Assembly: GCA_030248215.1 (NCBI GenBank)
Contig: JASANG010003092.1
Span: forward strand, 248,001 to 312,000
Direction: 5' to 3'
DNA from: Enoplolaimus lenunculus
Lineage: Eukaryota
Length of the DNA stretch: 64,000 nucleotides
The translations under genes and the position numbers were made by a program. The notes under the pieces are model-generated. The model was not told where the DNA came from. It did not search any database and saw nothing but the letters and a program-made list of their open reading frames with translations. How positions within the stretch are numbered: the stretch's first letter is position 1; the number at the start of each line of letters is the position of its first letter. This document shows positions 49,053 through 62,437 of the stretch, in pieces.

Positions 49053-52000
49053 GTGTGTTTCTTTGTTTTTGGTTTTACGGCATAACATTAAATATCCGGA
49101 TCTTTGTGAACTGAAAATCACGTATGTTTTTTCATGCATTCATTGAGAATTTCGGGTTTTGTATTCATAATTCATATTATGGCATTTTCTGTCGAGAAAT
49201 TATCAATTTTAAATGTTGACATCCAGCAGTTATATATTGCTGTATAAAAAATTTGGAAAAAGCTATCTCAGGTTTAAAATTACCAACATTTTCATTATTT
49301 ATTTGCTTTTGAAATTTTAGCCAATGTATTCACCGATAGTGGTTCAACCATTTCCACGAAATTCACATCCTGCCCTTCCTGATGAAGAATTTGTGATTAT
49401 CGGTAAATGTCAGGTTTTTCGGTTTGGTTTTATTTTTATCGCGGGTTTGTGACAATGCGACAAATTGACTGTGTCAATAAAAAATAACAGACATAAGAAA
49501 AAATTGTGGATGAGAATAGGTTGAGTTATTGGACGAAAGGCTGTGATTGAGATGAAAAGTACTTTAGTTGAAATTTTGGTTTGATATACACATGCGTAGA
49601 AACTCTGAATTCATCAAGTTTGATTAAATGGGAGCTTTTATCGTTGTCATCATCGTCTGACTGTTTTGAATTTCTTGCTTCCCCATATTGAAATCAGTTT
49701 AGTTGATTAATGGAACAGCTTGGAGTTTTATTTTTTGACAATTCCAAGTTTGCATACAACTGTGTTTGTTTCTTACCTGAAATCGTAGTATTAATTTAGA
49801 TATTGTTTTAATTTTTGCTAGTGGAACCAGGTTAAATTTGTTAAATAATATCGGTAAAAGTTTTTTGTTTGGGTTTGATTGTTAGAAATGTTTGTAAGGA
49901 AATAGCAACGTTTTTTGTTTGTTCATTTTAATATGTTTTATTAGGTAAATACAAAGACTTAGCTGCCGTGCAGTTTTCAAGCGTTCTAGCACCACGAATA
50001 GGAAAATGTGTTACTGAAGAGTTGTGGTTAATTGCTCTGAAACAGGTAATGTTATTTAATTTTGAAGTGGATAACTTTAAGTTGTAGGCTACCACATGTT
50101 CGATGTTGTGTCTAACAGATGTATTATTAGTTTATTTATTGTGATTTTTTGCCGGCAATCACTTGTTTTCTTCCCTTCTCACAAAATGCCCCCCCTGCAT
50201 GGCGTCGTGATTATTAACATAGGTTTAAACTTAGGCGTTAGGGTTAGGTCGAAACTTTGGCTTACGAAAGTAATAAACTGTAATGTGGAACAACTTTTGC
50301 GTTCTATCATATGAATACTTGTGGGGTGTGGGTGGGTGGAGTAAATCGTTTCTGTTATATTATTTTCTAGTAGTCAACGGGACGCTAAATGTTTCTATTT
50401 AGGTGAGCATGCTGTGTGCTTATCGGTTTTTATTCAATTAATATCACGAGTATATTATGTAATTGTGTTTTGATAAAACAAATTGTTATTTGTTCTGTAT
50501 TTTCCAGTTAGATCCACATTCCAAATCCAAAGAACGCGCGGACAAAGCATCAACGGCTTCAGCGAATATACTGAGAGCTGCACGCTCTGCCATTGTACCA
50601 TTGTACATTAATCGATGCAGTGTTATTACACTCCCAGCGCAGTGCACACGGCAAAATGCACCTAGTGGTTCAGTGGCTTTGTTTCGGGTAAGTGGCCCTA
50701 TCCTGTGGTCGTTTTTGTTGCTGCTGTTAAAATAAAATGCTAAAACGAACTGTAGTATGGAATGGATTAGCCAAGTATTTGTGCAACAGTATACTATTGG
50801 TTTTCGTTATATGTTGCAGCTTTTCAAATAAATTGAGTTAGCCAGCGTACCTGTTGTTGTGCTGCAATATTCTGGATAGCGTTCAAATATTATGCGAATT
50901 TAAAGCGTTTTTCACAAATACTGAGTAAGCTGTGTAACGAATTGTCTTTGGAAAGATCATTAGCTTGAACTGCTGCGAATCTGCCTTTAATTTTGCTAGG
51001 AATTAAAACAGTGTAATTTAAATAACTGGAACATTTAGTTGTTGGAAATATGCGTTTTTGGCTCAAATCTCAGTGAAATGTTGAAATACGTAGCAGGTTC
51101 GCCGCAGTTAGATTGTTAGCGTATTAAGCTAGAAAAGATTGTACTCTGATTTTAAAAACTCATTTTTTGAATCTTTTTAAATAAAATTCTTTACCATAAA
51201 AACTGTTTGATATGATATTTAGAGTCTTCGTTCCGTTGGCATTGGAGGCAGTTCAGCCACTGCGGCAACGCTATTGATTTTTGCTCCAAAAATTGATGTT
51301 ATGCCGTTATTGGCTGCTATTGCCCGATGTTTTCCGAAATTTAATCTTCGAAGTGGTCTGAAGCCATCGCCTGTAATTAATGTGGAATTCACTTTTGCTA
51401 TATCGTCTCGTGAGGACTTACAGCCAAATAGCGAGGAACACTTGAACGGTTAGTTTTTTCGCGGTTTAAATTTCAGCCTTCGTGTGTCAGATGATTTACA
51501 TGGATTGTTGTATTGTTTTAGAATATAGTGGTACTGTAATGCATTTTACTTTTTGCCGCACAATACGAGATATGGGGATTTTTTGGGATCTTGGTTTTAT
51601 TTTATATATCAATATTGGTTTATTTTCTCAGTCACATTGACTTGGTCTTTAATATCTGGTTTTTGCATGAAGTTTGATGGTAAAAATAAACAAAATAACC
51701 AACAATACTGGTCACATGTAAAATAGTAAAAAAATTCTCCATTTCGCTTCCATTTGACAGTTGGTTACAGGTTGTAATACAAACCCAGTACTATGTCAAT
51801 ATAGAGGCTTGGACAGTTTTTCTCGATTATTCTAATTTTCTATACTTGGATTATGTTTGTAAAGTAAATTGCTTTCAGATACTGGGTTTCTGGCTTCGGA
51901 TGGTAGTTTCTCCAATTTTGAGGTGGAATGGCTTCAACAATTTGTCGATTGTATTCGAGGTACTGCTCGTATTGTTGATTGCCCTGCGAATATAATGACA

Positions 52001-55000
52001 ACTACGCGATTTGCTAGTGAAGCTCAAGCTGTTGCGAGGACACTTCCATCTGTACAATGCTCGGTTGTATCAGGTACAAGCCAGATTATGGCGGGATGTT
52101 AAAACTTAAAATATACGCAAATCGGATCCATATAGAAACGCTTTACTTTAATTTTTATACGGTTTTTGCCGGAAGTAAAATATGAGCGGTGTATATGTGG
52201 CCGCGGCTTGGTACCTACTGTGGCATTGCGCTTGTCTGATTGCGAACTTCGATATCACAAGCTTAATTCGTAACTTGTGACGTGCTGATATTTTTCGTCC
52301 AAGACTATGTGTATGGGTTGACTTTGTATGGGTTTAATCAAAATTCTAATATTACCGATTCATGGCTTCGAAATTATTGTTTTATGTTCTTTTTAGGAGA
52401 AGAGCTAAAAAGTCAAGGGTTCAATGGTCTTTATAGCGTTGGACAAGCAAGTCTGTGCCCACCCGCGCTTGTGACGTTAAGCTATCGGCCGGAAGGTGCC
52501 ACAAAGACAGTAGCGTGGATAGGCAAGGGCATTGTATACGATACTGGTGGTATGCAAATGAAAACCAAAACAACTATGCCTGGTAAGGACAAAAATAGTT
52601 TGGCTAGTGTATTTTCAATAAAGGATTAAAGTCTTGGTAACGGGCGTAGGCAAAAAATGTTGGGGGCATGACATTGTTTTATGCATACGTAATAGAGTTG
52701 TAAAGTAAATGTTTGAGTTTAGTTCCTTATGTTATACACCCGTGGTCTTGGTTAACTTAACATAAAGCAGGCGTTGTTGTTAAATTAAAACTACTGGTCT
52801 CTTTATGTGTCCTGGTGTTCTTGTTGACTTTTGTAACTTTGTTTTATATCGTTTTATTTTTGAGGTATGAAGAAAGATTGTGGTGGGGCCGCCGCAATTC
52901 TGTATGCATTTCGTGCTGCCGTATTAGCGGGGTTCAAAGAAAATTTGCATGCAGTTTTGTGTCTTGCCGAAAACAACGTTGGAGCACGTGCTAGCCGACC
53001 TGATGATGTGATTGTTATGAAAAGTGGTAAAAGTGTTGAAATTAATAATACAGGTATGTGAGATTACTTTTCGTAATTAAGGGCTTCGTCCAATCTTGTG
53101 TTAGTTCCTATATTTGCTAACATAACTTTGCATTATGATTAAGCACTTGCTCGAAACTGTTGAATTATATTATAGGTTCGTATAATAGTGTTTTTGCGTG
53201 ACTAAACTCTTGATATAACAACGCGTGGAGGATTTCGTTGAGGAAAGCAAAGGCGTGCAGCGGTCAGATTTTCGTGTCACTTTTGGGACATTGGGTAAAA
53301 TTGGCTAAAAAAAATTTACACTAATTGCAAAATTTTGGGTGTCTTACGTAAGGCATCAGGACTGTTAAAACAGGTGGTAAATAGTGTCCAGAAGCCTCTA
53401 ACCTAGAACTTTCTTTATTACTAGTACAGATGCTGAAGGTCGTCTTGTTCTCGGCGACGGAGTGTTTTACGCAGCAAAAACACTGAACGCAGATGTTATA
53501 TTTGATATGGCAACACTGACAGGGGCTCAACGATCAGCAACTGGTGATTATCATGGAGCGGTTGTGACAAATAGGTTAGAAAGGAGAAAGGTGGTTCGCG
53601 ACTTGGGGTACACTAGACTTACCGTGCGGCGCGAGCGGCACTACAAGAAGCGAAAAAAGTTTTATTTATAAATTGATTTGTAGAGCCGTCCGACACCGTT
53701 CGGAAGCATAGCGCCAGTATTAATGTAGTCTTGCAGGCGAGTAAGTATAAATCATGCCAACCTCAGTTTTATTGTACTTTTTTATTTAGAAGATGGCTTG
53801 TGTTAGTTGTACCTGCACCTAATCGAATTCAATTTCTTAAATTTTGTTACTACTATAAGCAATTGATTGTTATTTCCACTATTATTTTAGCGATTATTGG
53901 GAAAGTCTTGTGTGTGATGCAGGAATCGCCAGCGGTGATCTCGTTCATCCATTACCCTACTGTCCGGAACTGCATTATCCGGAACTTGCTTGCAGTCCCA
54001 TTGCCGATATGAAAAACTCGTTGGTCGGCCGGGCGTCTACTGCAGCGTCATCTGTGGCAGCGTTGTTCATTCATGCTCAGGTAAAAATTGTGTAAGATAC
54101 GCACGAGCTGAAACTAAGGTTGTGTAAAAAACTGAACCCCTGAGTTTTTGGCTGGGTTTAATAAAATTTGAAAAAACCTAACTATGGTTACAAAGGTCTG
54201 TTGTGCATTTTTTAGTTTACAAGCAAAATTTCAAGCAGTAACGATTATCTCATTATATTATAATCCGCAGCCCAAATGTTCAATTTTTTTCTTTGACTTA
54301 AATATTTTTTAGTTTGTTATAACTGCTCCTGGAAAACTGGAAATGTGAAAGTCGTTTTCATTTTCGCGTCTTGTACACTCAGAACTAATTATAATTTGAA
54401 TAATTGCATACGGTTTGAGAATTTATGTACCTGGTGTTATGAGTGATAGTTGTTCCAGTAACATTTCCACCTGATTTGCAATGCTGCAACCTACTACGTG
54501 TCTCTTTATTTCGGTGCGAGGCAGTTGTATTACCAGGTACTGATATGTTAGTCCGTGGCAAGTGTCCATGTAAGGTACAAACATTTAAAATGGGCGTTAA
54601 AAGTTTTGTCCTAAAGATAGACCTATAGCTGAGATTGTTGGCGGACTATACTATCACCTGATGTGAAAATTTACGCAAAAGTAGGCGAAGCCATGTGTTA
54701 AATCTATCGGCTGATAATTCGCTGCTGCTTAACATACAAGGCTATCATTTGCTGGTGATAGATGCTACACACATTTTAGAATGCCGGCACTGGATGCTGT
54801 ATTTTTATATTAGGGCCTTGTTCGTACCGAAAGGTGCGCTGAGTAGGTGTTCATTAGGTATCTCTTAATTTCAGTTAAGCTTTGATGCTAAAATTCCATG
54901 GATACACGTAGATATGGCGCAGCCGGTCCAGTCTGGTGAAAGAGCAACTGGTTATGGCGTTGCCTTACTATGTGTATTATTCGCGCGATGGACTAAATTG

Positions 55001-55036
55001 AACTTTCCAGTATACAGCAAGCCAACAAACGCGTGA
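48331..55036 (+). CDS. NPEPL1: M17 aminopeptidase-like 1 (NPEPL1) with N-terminal LOTUS-like extension, about 646 aa
   Basis: Twelve phase-consistent exons: 48331-48446, 48884-49052, 49321-49402, 49945-50045, 50508-50687, 51223-51448, 51879-52073, 52397-52582, 52865-53053, 53430-53574, 53891-54080, 54875-55036 (1941 nt). Motifs: VTEELW, ARIVDCPANIM, GKGIVYDTGGMQMK, MPGMKKDCGG, NNTDAEGRLVL, DMATLTGAQ, LPYCPELH, GERATGYGVALL. M17 metal ligands are intact. Exons 3-12 are firm; joining exons 1-2 to them is inferred from splice phase. Confidence 0.92.
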
Positions 55037-57505
55037 TTTTGGGATTGAAAATGATTTTTAACGTTTTTAATGACCGTAGCTGTTTTATTTTTGATTTTAC
55101 TTCCATTGCGTATTGAATAAGCCTGTTTCAGATTTTCTAGTGATTTTGGTATGTGTGCTGGATAGGAGATGATTTATTCTGGTTCCGTGAGATTTTCAAT
55201 CTTAAGATTGAACTGGTTTCGTTATTGCTGTTTTTCGGGTACCATGACTATAATGGTGATGATTTTTTGACCTTCGAACGCAAATGTGTGTTTAATTATT
55301 TTCAAACAACCCGAGTCTCGTTCAACATTCTGATGTAATTTCTTGTATTTAAGTTTTTATTTTGTACTTATTTATAAAGTAAACGTTTTAATCCTTTACC
55401 TGTCATCTTGGGCGTTTAGCATCAAGTTTTAAATGACATGTTATCAGTATTATGTGCTTTGTTATTGAATCTGCTATATACTGTAGTCCTAAATCTCAGT
55501 GATTATGACTAGACTGCAGTTACTTCGAGTGGGAGATATTTGCACATATCTTGAATCCCACCAAGTTTCCGACTGTTGCATTTGTTTTACACTAAAATGG
55601 TGACCAAATATAGAGGTGCTAAATAACACGGGGGCAAAGTGTCATACGTAGGGGAACAAAATAATCTGTATTGCAGAGTTCAAGTGGTAGGAGAAAATAG
55701 GTGACGGTCTGGGCCAACTGCCATATGCACTGGAGTAATGGTAGCTAAAGTAAAACATATCGAAGTTAGTAGTTTGAACGACTGTTGTAATCATGTTCAT
55801 CGATCCAATCTGAACCTAAAACGAGTAAAAACCGGAACTAAAACGATTGTACCGAAAATATTGCCCTTTTCAGGTTTGCCAGACGAAGGGTGTGCCTACA
55901 TTTCAACTCCATTGCCAGATGATTTTTTTGTCATTGAAGTAAACACGTGACGATAATTGAATTAAAGAAAAAAACCACATTTTTGGAAACACGAGCCACA
56001 ACAACACAAGTTATTTTGGAAAAAGGTGCAATTTGTAATATCATTAAGGAAAGTAGAAAAAGCTCTATTTTGGGGCATTGAAATGTTTCATCTGTGGCTA
56101 ATAAATGCATAACGTGTGTCCTGCAGTTAAAATCATCTATACGGTCGACTGACGAACCTTTTTGTGTCAGAAAACCACGAGGTACAGCAAAACTTGTAAA
56201 CAGTTTGTATCTATTTTTGTGACAACTGCATTTGCATTTCGTCAGCAGTTGCCTTTTAAAAGTGTAAAAGTGTTTTAAATGTTTTAACTCAATATTGTTG
56301 CATTGCGTTTTTTACCTTCTATAAAACTGTGTTTTTCACTGTCTTTGGTTTTATTTGTTACACTTCTCAGCCAATAATGGAACTTATTGGGGCAGTAAAA
56401 GTAGTATAAGCATATTCCTAAGCCTAAGCTTGAGCTTCAATGCAAGATAAATCTATTATTAAGCCTAAGTCCAAGCCTAAGCACAAAAATTAGTGTAAAG
56501 CATGAGCTTGCTGTATAATAGTCACTTCGTAAAAATGGTTGGCCCTCAATGTTACATGAAACGACCTCTGGATATAGAAAGAAATATTTCATATTCGTTT
56601 AGTAATTGTTGTTTCTTCGTTAAGGCATTGTGTTTCAACTGCGAGCACGTCCTTACTAGAGGGAGGCTTGGCCGCAACTGGCAAAATTTTGCGCTCCCTA
56701 GAAAAGTTTTAGCTCCACTTGTACGACATGTGAATTTCTTGTAGTTGGTTTTAACCCCACTAGCATGCCACGCTGGCTATTCGCTTGATGGTTATGAGAT
56801 CTAAGCTTCTGAGCACCTTCTACGAATATTGTAAACCCATCCTAAAAATATGTTAAGTCCGAAATTCCGTGATAATATCACATGATCCCTGATTCGCTTT
56901 TGGTCAAAGTTGACTGGTTCCTTTAGCGACGCGCATTTCGTGTTTTTCAATTTTTGAACCAGTTAGATTAAATCATTTTAATATATTTTAAAGCCAGGCC
57001 ATCTCTAAAGCTGTATTAAATTGTGTTGCCGCTTACCAGATGGCGTGGAATATTATTTAAAAACACAAAACATACATTTATCAGAGCGTAAACAAATGGT
57101 GAAAACGACTAATTTTGACTTAAATTTGGGTCACCGCGAGTCCAAGCGGTTGATAACGAACCAGGAACAAAAAAGTTGCAAATCGCTAGGAATTACTAAC
57201 GTTAATTTAAAAATACTGGCATAATTGTCTCATGCTAGTAAAATACAAGTTTTTCGCGAGCTTGCAAAGAAATTAGAACTAAAAACTATGAAACTTTAAA
57301 GGTAAATCATTGTTTAATACATTATGAAAGCTAACTATTAAACCAAATCCAGCACTTTTTCGCAACTCCGTTAGCAGTTTAAAACTATAAGTACGGAATG
57401 GCTTTGTTTTGTGTGTTTGAATATTGAAGTGACGTAAATTTCACATGAAACCCATACGTTCAGATTCAATTGAAAAAAGTCTGTGCACCCTAACTTGCGC
57501 TAAGA

Positions 57506-57936
57506 CTGTAGTGACCCGAATAAGAGGGTGTGGGGTAATAAGAGGGGGTCCCCATTTTGAGCCCCAATCAATAGGAGTCCGTATCCCTAATAAGAGTCCG
57601 TAAGCGGATAGAGCCTTTAAATCCTAATTAGAGTCCATGAAGGTCAGTTAGTGCACAAATGACTCCAGGACGAAATAAAATTGAGTTCGAATCTTTAAGG
57701 CGTACTTAAATTTTGAATGTACATTCCTAAGTATAATCTTGCGTGATCGCTCAAGCTATTGACGCAGGACAAATAAACGTTCAATTCAACATATAGTTGC
57801 AATACCGGATATACATCAGTAAGGGTGGCGGAGCGCGGGTTAAAAATAAATAACAGTCCGCAACCGAATAACAAGGGGGTACCCTCTGGAGAGGCCAAAT
57901 AAATATCACTCCCCCCTCTTATTCGGGTCACTACAG
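57506..57936. mobile_element. TA-flanked MITE, copy 2
   Basis: CTGTAGTGACCCGAATAAGAG ... CTCTTATTCGGGTCACTACAG; reverse-orientation homolog of 19481-19924. Confidence 0.85.
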
Positions 57937-59679
57937 TACCAGTTCGTTCGCCATAACTGCTTGTCTATACATTTTTATTACCGTGGGCTTGTCTGCTAAG
58001 TCAGATAATAAATTTTTTCCCCAGGTTTTAATATTAACCTTTGGTTCAGCCTACAGCAAGCAAAGCTGCAAGTAATGCTTCAAAAACGGTCAAAGCTGCA
58101 GTCGTACAACTTTCGGCACAGTGGATAGCAAAGTGCTGTTGGATTGAGGTACCGGAGTAGAGTTCCTGATTGGTTGTACGAATGTGCTACGCGCCTACTT
58201 AAAACAATATTCAGTATTACTAACTAAACATTCAAAACACTTCAGTTGCAATTAAATCTGTAACCCTCTTAATCTCTGAACTGTAATTATTCTTGACGTT
58301 AAATGGGTTTACATAAAAATATCAGGGCCATAGTATTTTAAAAGGTTGAGCTACATATATATTAGATTATATGAAATTTAAATAGTATATTGCATTTTAA
58401 GTCTAAGCGCCTTAATGGTTTTAGAAAATTTCGATCAGGCGTATTGAGTTTTGTAATGTTTTTAACGACACTTGTTTTGGCAACATTCCAGCATTACTTT
58501 GTTTACAATATTTTCGTAGAATCGAAACGTAATATTAATTCTGTGAAAAGAAAATTTGCATGGAGATTGTTGTGCATTCGCTAACTTTTGCGCATTGCGC
58601 CAGACTGGCTGACTAGTGTAATGTATAAACGCTGATGATGCAAAAGTAATGTGTGAGTAAAATTTCTGTCTGCAATTTTGGAAAAATTGTATTATAAGCT
58701 GTTTTAACCTACCCACAACACACATTTCTTTGAAAACTGCTGCAAGCGAAAACAAGAGTCACCGACCAACGGAAACGGAAACGGATATTTAAGTATATAA
58801 GTGTTTAAAAACAAGTTTAATCAAAACACTCGAAATAAGTAAGTCAATGTACCATCGGTTAGTGTAAACCTAACTCTTAGTGTAAACGCAAAAATATAGT
58901 ATATGATCTAAAATCTAAGCCTACTCCTTTGCAGTCGCAGCAGAGAACGGCACGGCCCTAAACGTATTACAATGACCAGATTATGGAAGAATTTTGTTAC
59001 TTTAAATCTAACTGTTGCGGCATATCTGTATTAAAAAAAACTGATTTGATTTTAAAATAGTTTCGGACATTTGTATGACGGAAACGGACACAGATTTTGA
59101 CCGGAAACGTTAACAGATAGACATCCGATTACAACCTGACATTTATGCATGCTAAGCTGGCGATTCTGTTTGTTTATGCCAGAGTCAAAATCTTCAAGTA
59201 ACCATTGTATGTATATTTTTTAAAACGAAATTTATCCCTCATTTATTTGAAGCTACGCTCACGGTATTGTTTTTGCTAAACTATTTTTAGTTCCGGTCTG
59301 CTAGGCTAAATAACTGTTTTTGTTTTTGTTTTTGTTTGTATTTTTGTGTCCATGGTTAAGGACAGCAAACTGAAACTTTTCCATCGTAGACAGTAAATTG
59401 AAAATTTTTGCACTTTAGAAAGAAAATGACAGCTTTTCCATTCAACCTATTTATGGGTATTTTTCAAATTTCACATATTTAATTTCAAACTAAGGATCGA
59501 AATCTGGGCCTTTCGGTATGGACCGATTTATTATCAGCAATCGAGGTTTCACGGCAATAGCGTGCTTGAACCCGAATGCACTTTCAAGTCTGATAAAGAT
59601 TTTGTACTAGGAATACGTGTACACACAGTTTGCAGTTTTTATTGGTCATTGTACGTTATGCGAACGCGGAAAAGGGAAA

Positions 59680-60353
59680 CTGGAGTATAACGCGAATAAG
59701 ATGGGAGTAATAAGATGGGTTCTTTGTTTTGAGTCCCAATCAATAGGAGTTCGTATCCGTAATAAGATTCGAAAACCAGTACCGAACAGACAGGGTGTGG
59801 GGGCGCCCCCAAACTATAGGGTAGTGGGTCCCAAACTCTCGGGTAGTGGGCCCCAAACTCGCACGCGAGGCGAGCGAGAAGCCAGACGCATTTTAAAACT
59901 TCGGCCGGTTTTTTCAATCGGTTAGAATGGAGTTACTTGAAGGGTGGCCCTTCGAAAATGGGGGTATGGGTGGTGGCTGCTGCGGCTCTGCCGTAAGCTG
60001 ATAGAGTCCCGAAACCCTGATTAGAGTCCGTAAATGTCAATTATCTCTAATTCCTGATGCATAAATGACTCCAGGACCAAATGAAGTTGACTTCGAAACG
60101 TTAAAGCATATATACTTAAGTTTCGAAAGTACATTCCTAAGTATAACCATGCATTAATATCGCTCAAGTTTTTGATACAATACAAATAACGTAATACATA
60201 TTCAACGGATAGTTGCAATACCGGATATGTATCAGTAACGAAGATCGGCTGGGTTCGGATTAAAAATATATAACAGTTCATAACCGAATAATAGATGGTA
60301 CCCTCTGTAGAGGCCAAAAAATATCAGTCTCACTCTTATTCGAGTCACTACAG
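59680..60353. mobile_element. TA-flanked MITE, copy 3, interrupted by a nested ~220-bp GC-rich MITE (~59770-59990)
   Basis: Colinear with 57506-57936 except for an insertion homologous to 62800-62996 (CAGACAGGG...CCCCAAACTCGC...CGAGCGAGAA). Confidence 0.75.
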
Positions 60354-62217
60354 TAAAGGCTTCGCTCTTTCCAGCTGTTTTGCGTGTTAGGCTTACGATT
60401 TATACATGCCCCTGTAATTAACATGGGTCAGAAAATGCATCCCTGTATCTTATTAAAAAAAACTAATATATTATGATTTTATTTAATACTTACTTCGCTT
60501 AGATATTCGCTGAAATTTCGTTATTTTATTCGCCGCTAGTATATAGGCACGTTTAGGCTTAACTTACCCGATATTGTAATATAAAAACAAAATGTGATGC
60601 GAGCTGTACCAAGAATAGATTTGCCGTATAGCTAGCTCAATATACTAGAGGTGGGTAAACTATATTTCAGGAGGAACACGTGGTTTATTGTACATATCTT
60701 GTAAGGACAGCTAAACAGAACTGCGGCAGTGGTAATCTATGCCTCTTTTCGCTTGTGACATGGGGGCCACTTACCAGATTATCCAAAATTTAAGGGCATA
60801 TATCAGCAATGTAATATATTGACAAAACTTGTGAGCGATGAGAGCGAGAAGCAAAATAGGCGTAACGAACGCAATATTAACCCTGAATGGCGCCGATGGT
60901 GCAAATGCAAAATGTTAGAAATCGTACGGCGGATCGATTTTGGCGGATGGCACACCAGGGCCCGCTTCTTTTTGGGGGTAAAAGGGTGGTAGCCGCGCGT
61001 TGTAGTAAAAGATTTTTCAAATGCAACCAAACATTTTTCTATTTTTAAAGTTGTTGGTTAACACAAATATATACGAAGAATTCTCATTCGAAACCGGATA
61101 AACATAGAAAACCTTTGCATTTTTAAACTCTTTTTACCGTTTGAATGAAAAATAAGAAACAAGTAAAATATCAGTGCACTGTAAAATTTACACAATTGCA
61201 TTTGAACGCAGAAGAAAAATAAGGACGGGTAAAGGCAAGTAAGGGTAAATGAATTTTGCGTGGGTAAAGGCGGGTAACGGGTAAAAAGTTTTGCGCGGGT
61301 ATAGAGACGGCTAAAAAATTTCAGCGGGTAAACGGCAGCGCTGGTAAAATAATCTTTACCCACAAACACGCGGATAAACAAATTTCAGCGGGTAAAGGGC
61401 AGCGCGGGTATAAAAACCTTTACCTTACCCACTTACACCTCTGGGTGGCAACCAACTTGACAAACATGACGCAAAATTGACGCAAAATTTTCGCACTAGA
61501 AACTGGTTTTTGAAACAGGAAAACACAATGTTCTATGTTACAAGTGAAAACGTTTCCCGACACATTTGTGTTGTGCGGTGGAACTACAAGAGCCATGCAT
61601 TCGTTAGGGATAAGGTTGTTTTAGATAATAAATATTCTTTAACATTGCCATGGTATTGGCAAATGAATGGTCTGAGCTGACAGGGGTACAGCATCTTAAC
61701 CCACAATGGGGCGAACACTAACGTTCGTAGAGCGAAGCGAGCAAGAACCCACAAGCAAACATTAAATGTTAATATACAATGTTTTGGTTTTGAAATTTGT
61801 GGCAAGTCCACCTCCTTTTACTGCGCTCCTGTGAGTTGCTGCCCGTTATGCCTGTCGGGTTACTCTCATTCGAGAAAACCACAATTGCCAGTTTGAGATG
61901 AACCGGAGCATAAGTGGCAATCACCAGCACTGTTTAGTTTTGCGAGATATCAAATTTCGCAATTTTAGAGCTTTTTTCATAGTTTTGCTGTTAAGCTCCA
62001 TTTTCAAAATATTTTTAGCCATAATCTTGTCTGAATATTACAAGATTGAGAGCCGGAAACGCATTTTTAACGAATGCAATTTCTCTCGATTACGCTCAGC
62101 CTAAGCCTAATGATGTAATGATATTTGTAAGCTTTTAGACCTCAGCCGTAGGCTTACTTCAATAAGTTAACAACTTTTGGCTTACGCACAGCTTAAACTT
62201 ATGGCTTTAGTTAGACA

Positions 62218-62437
62218 CACTGCAAAAAATGGTGAGTCAAATAGACTCTCTCCGAAATAGGCTTTTCCTGACTACCCAAACTGAGTCAAAATTCGACTCC
62301 GCATGAGTCAAATTAGACTCAATGAATCACTAAGTAAGCCAAATTTGACTCTGGTGGAGTTGAATTTGACTCAGTTTGTGTAGTCCGGAAAAGCCTATTT
62401 CGGAGAAAGTCAATTTGACTCACCATTTTTTGCAGTG
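62218..62437. mobile_element. Foldback CACTG MITE, copy 3
   Basis: CACTGCAAAAAATGG...CCATTTTTTGCAGTG; 2-bp TSD CA. Confidence 0.85.
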
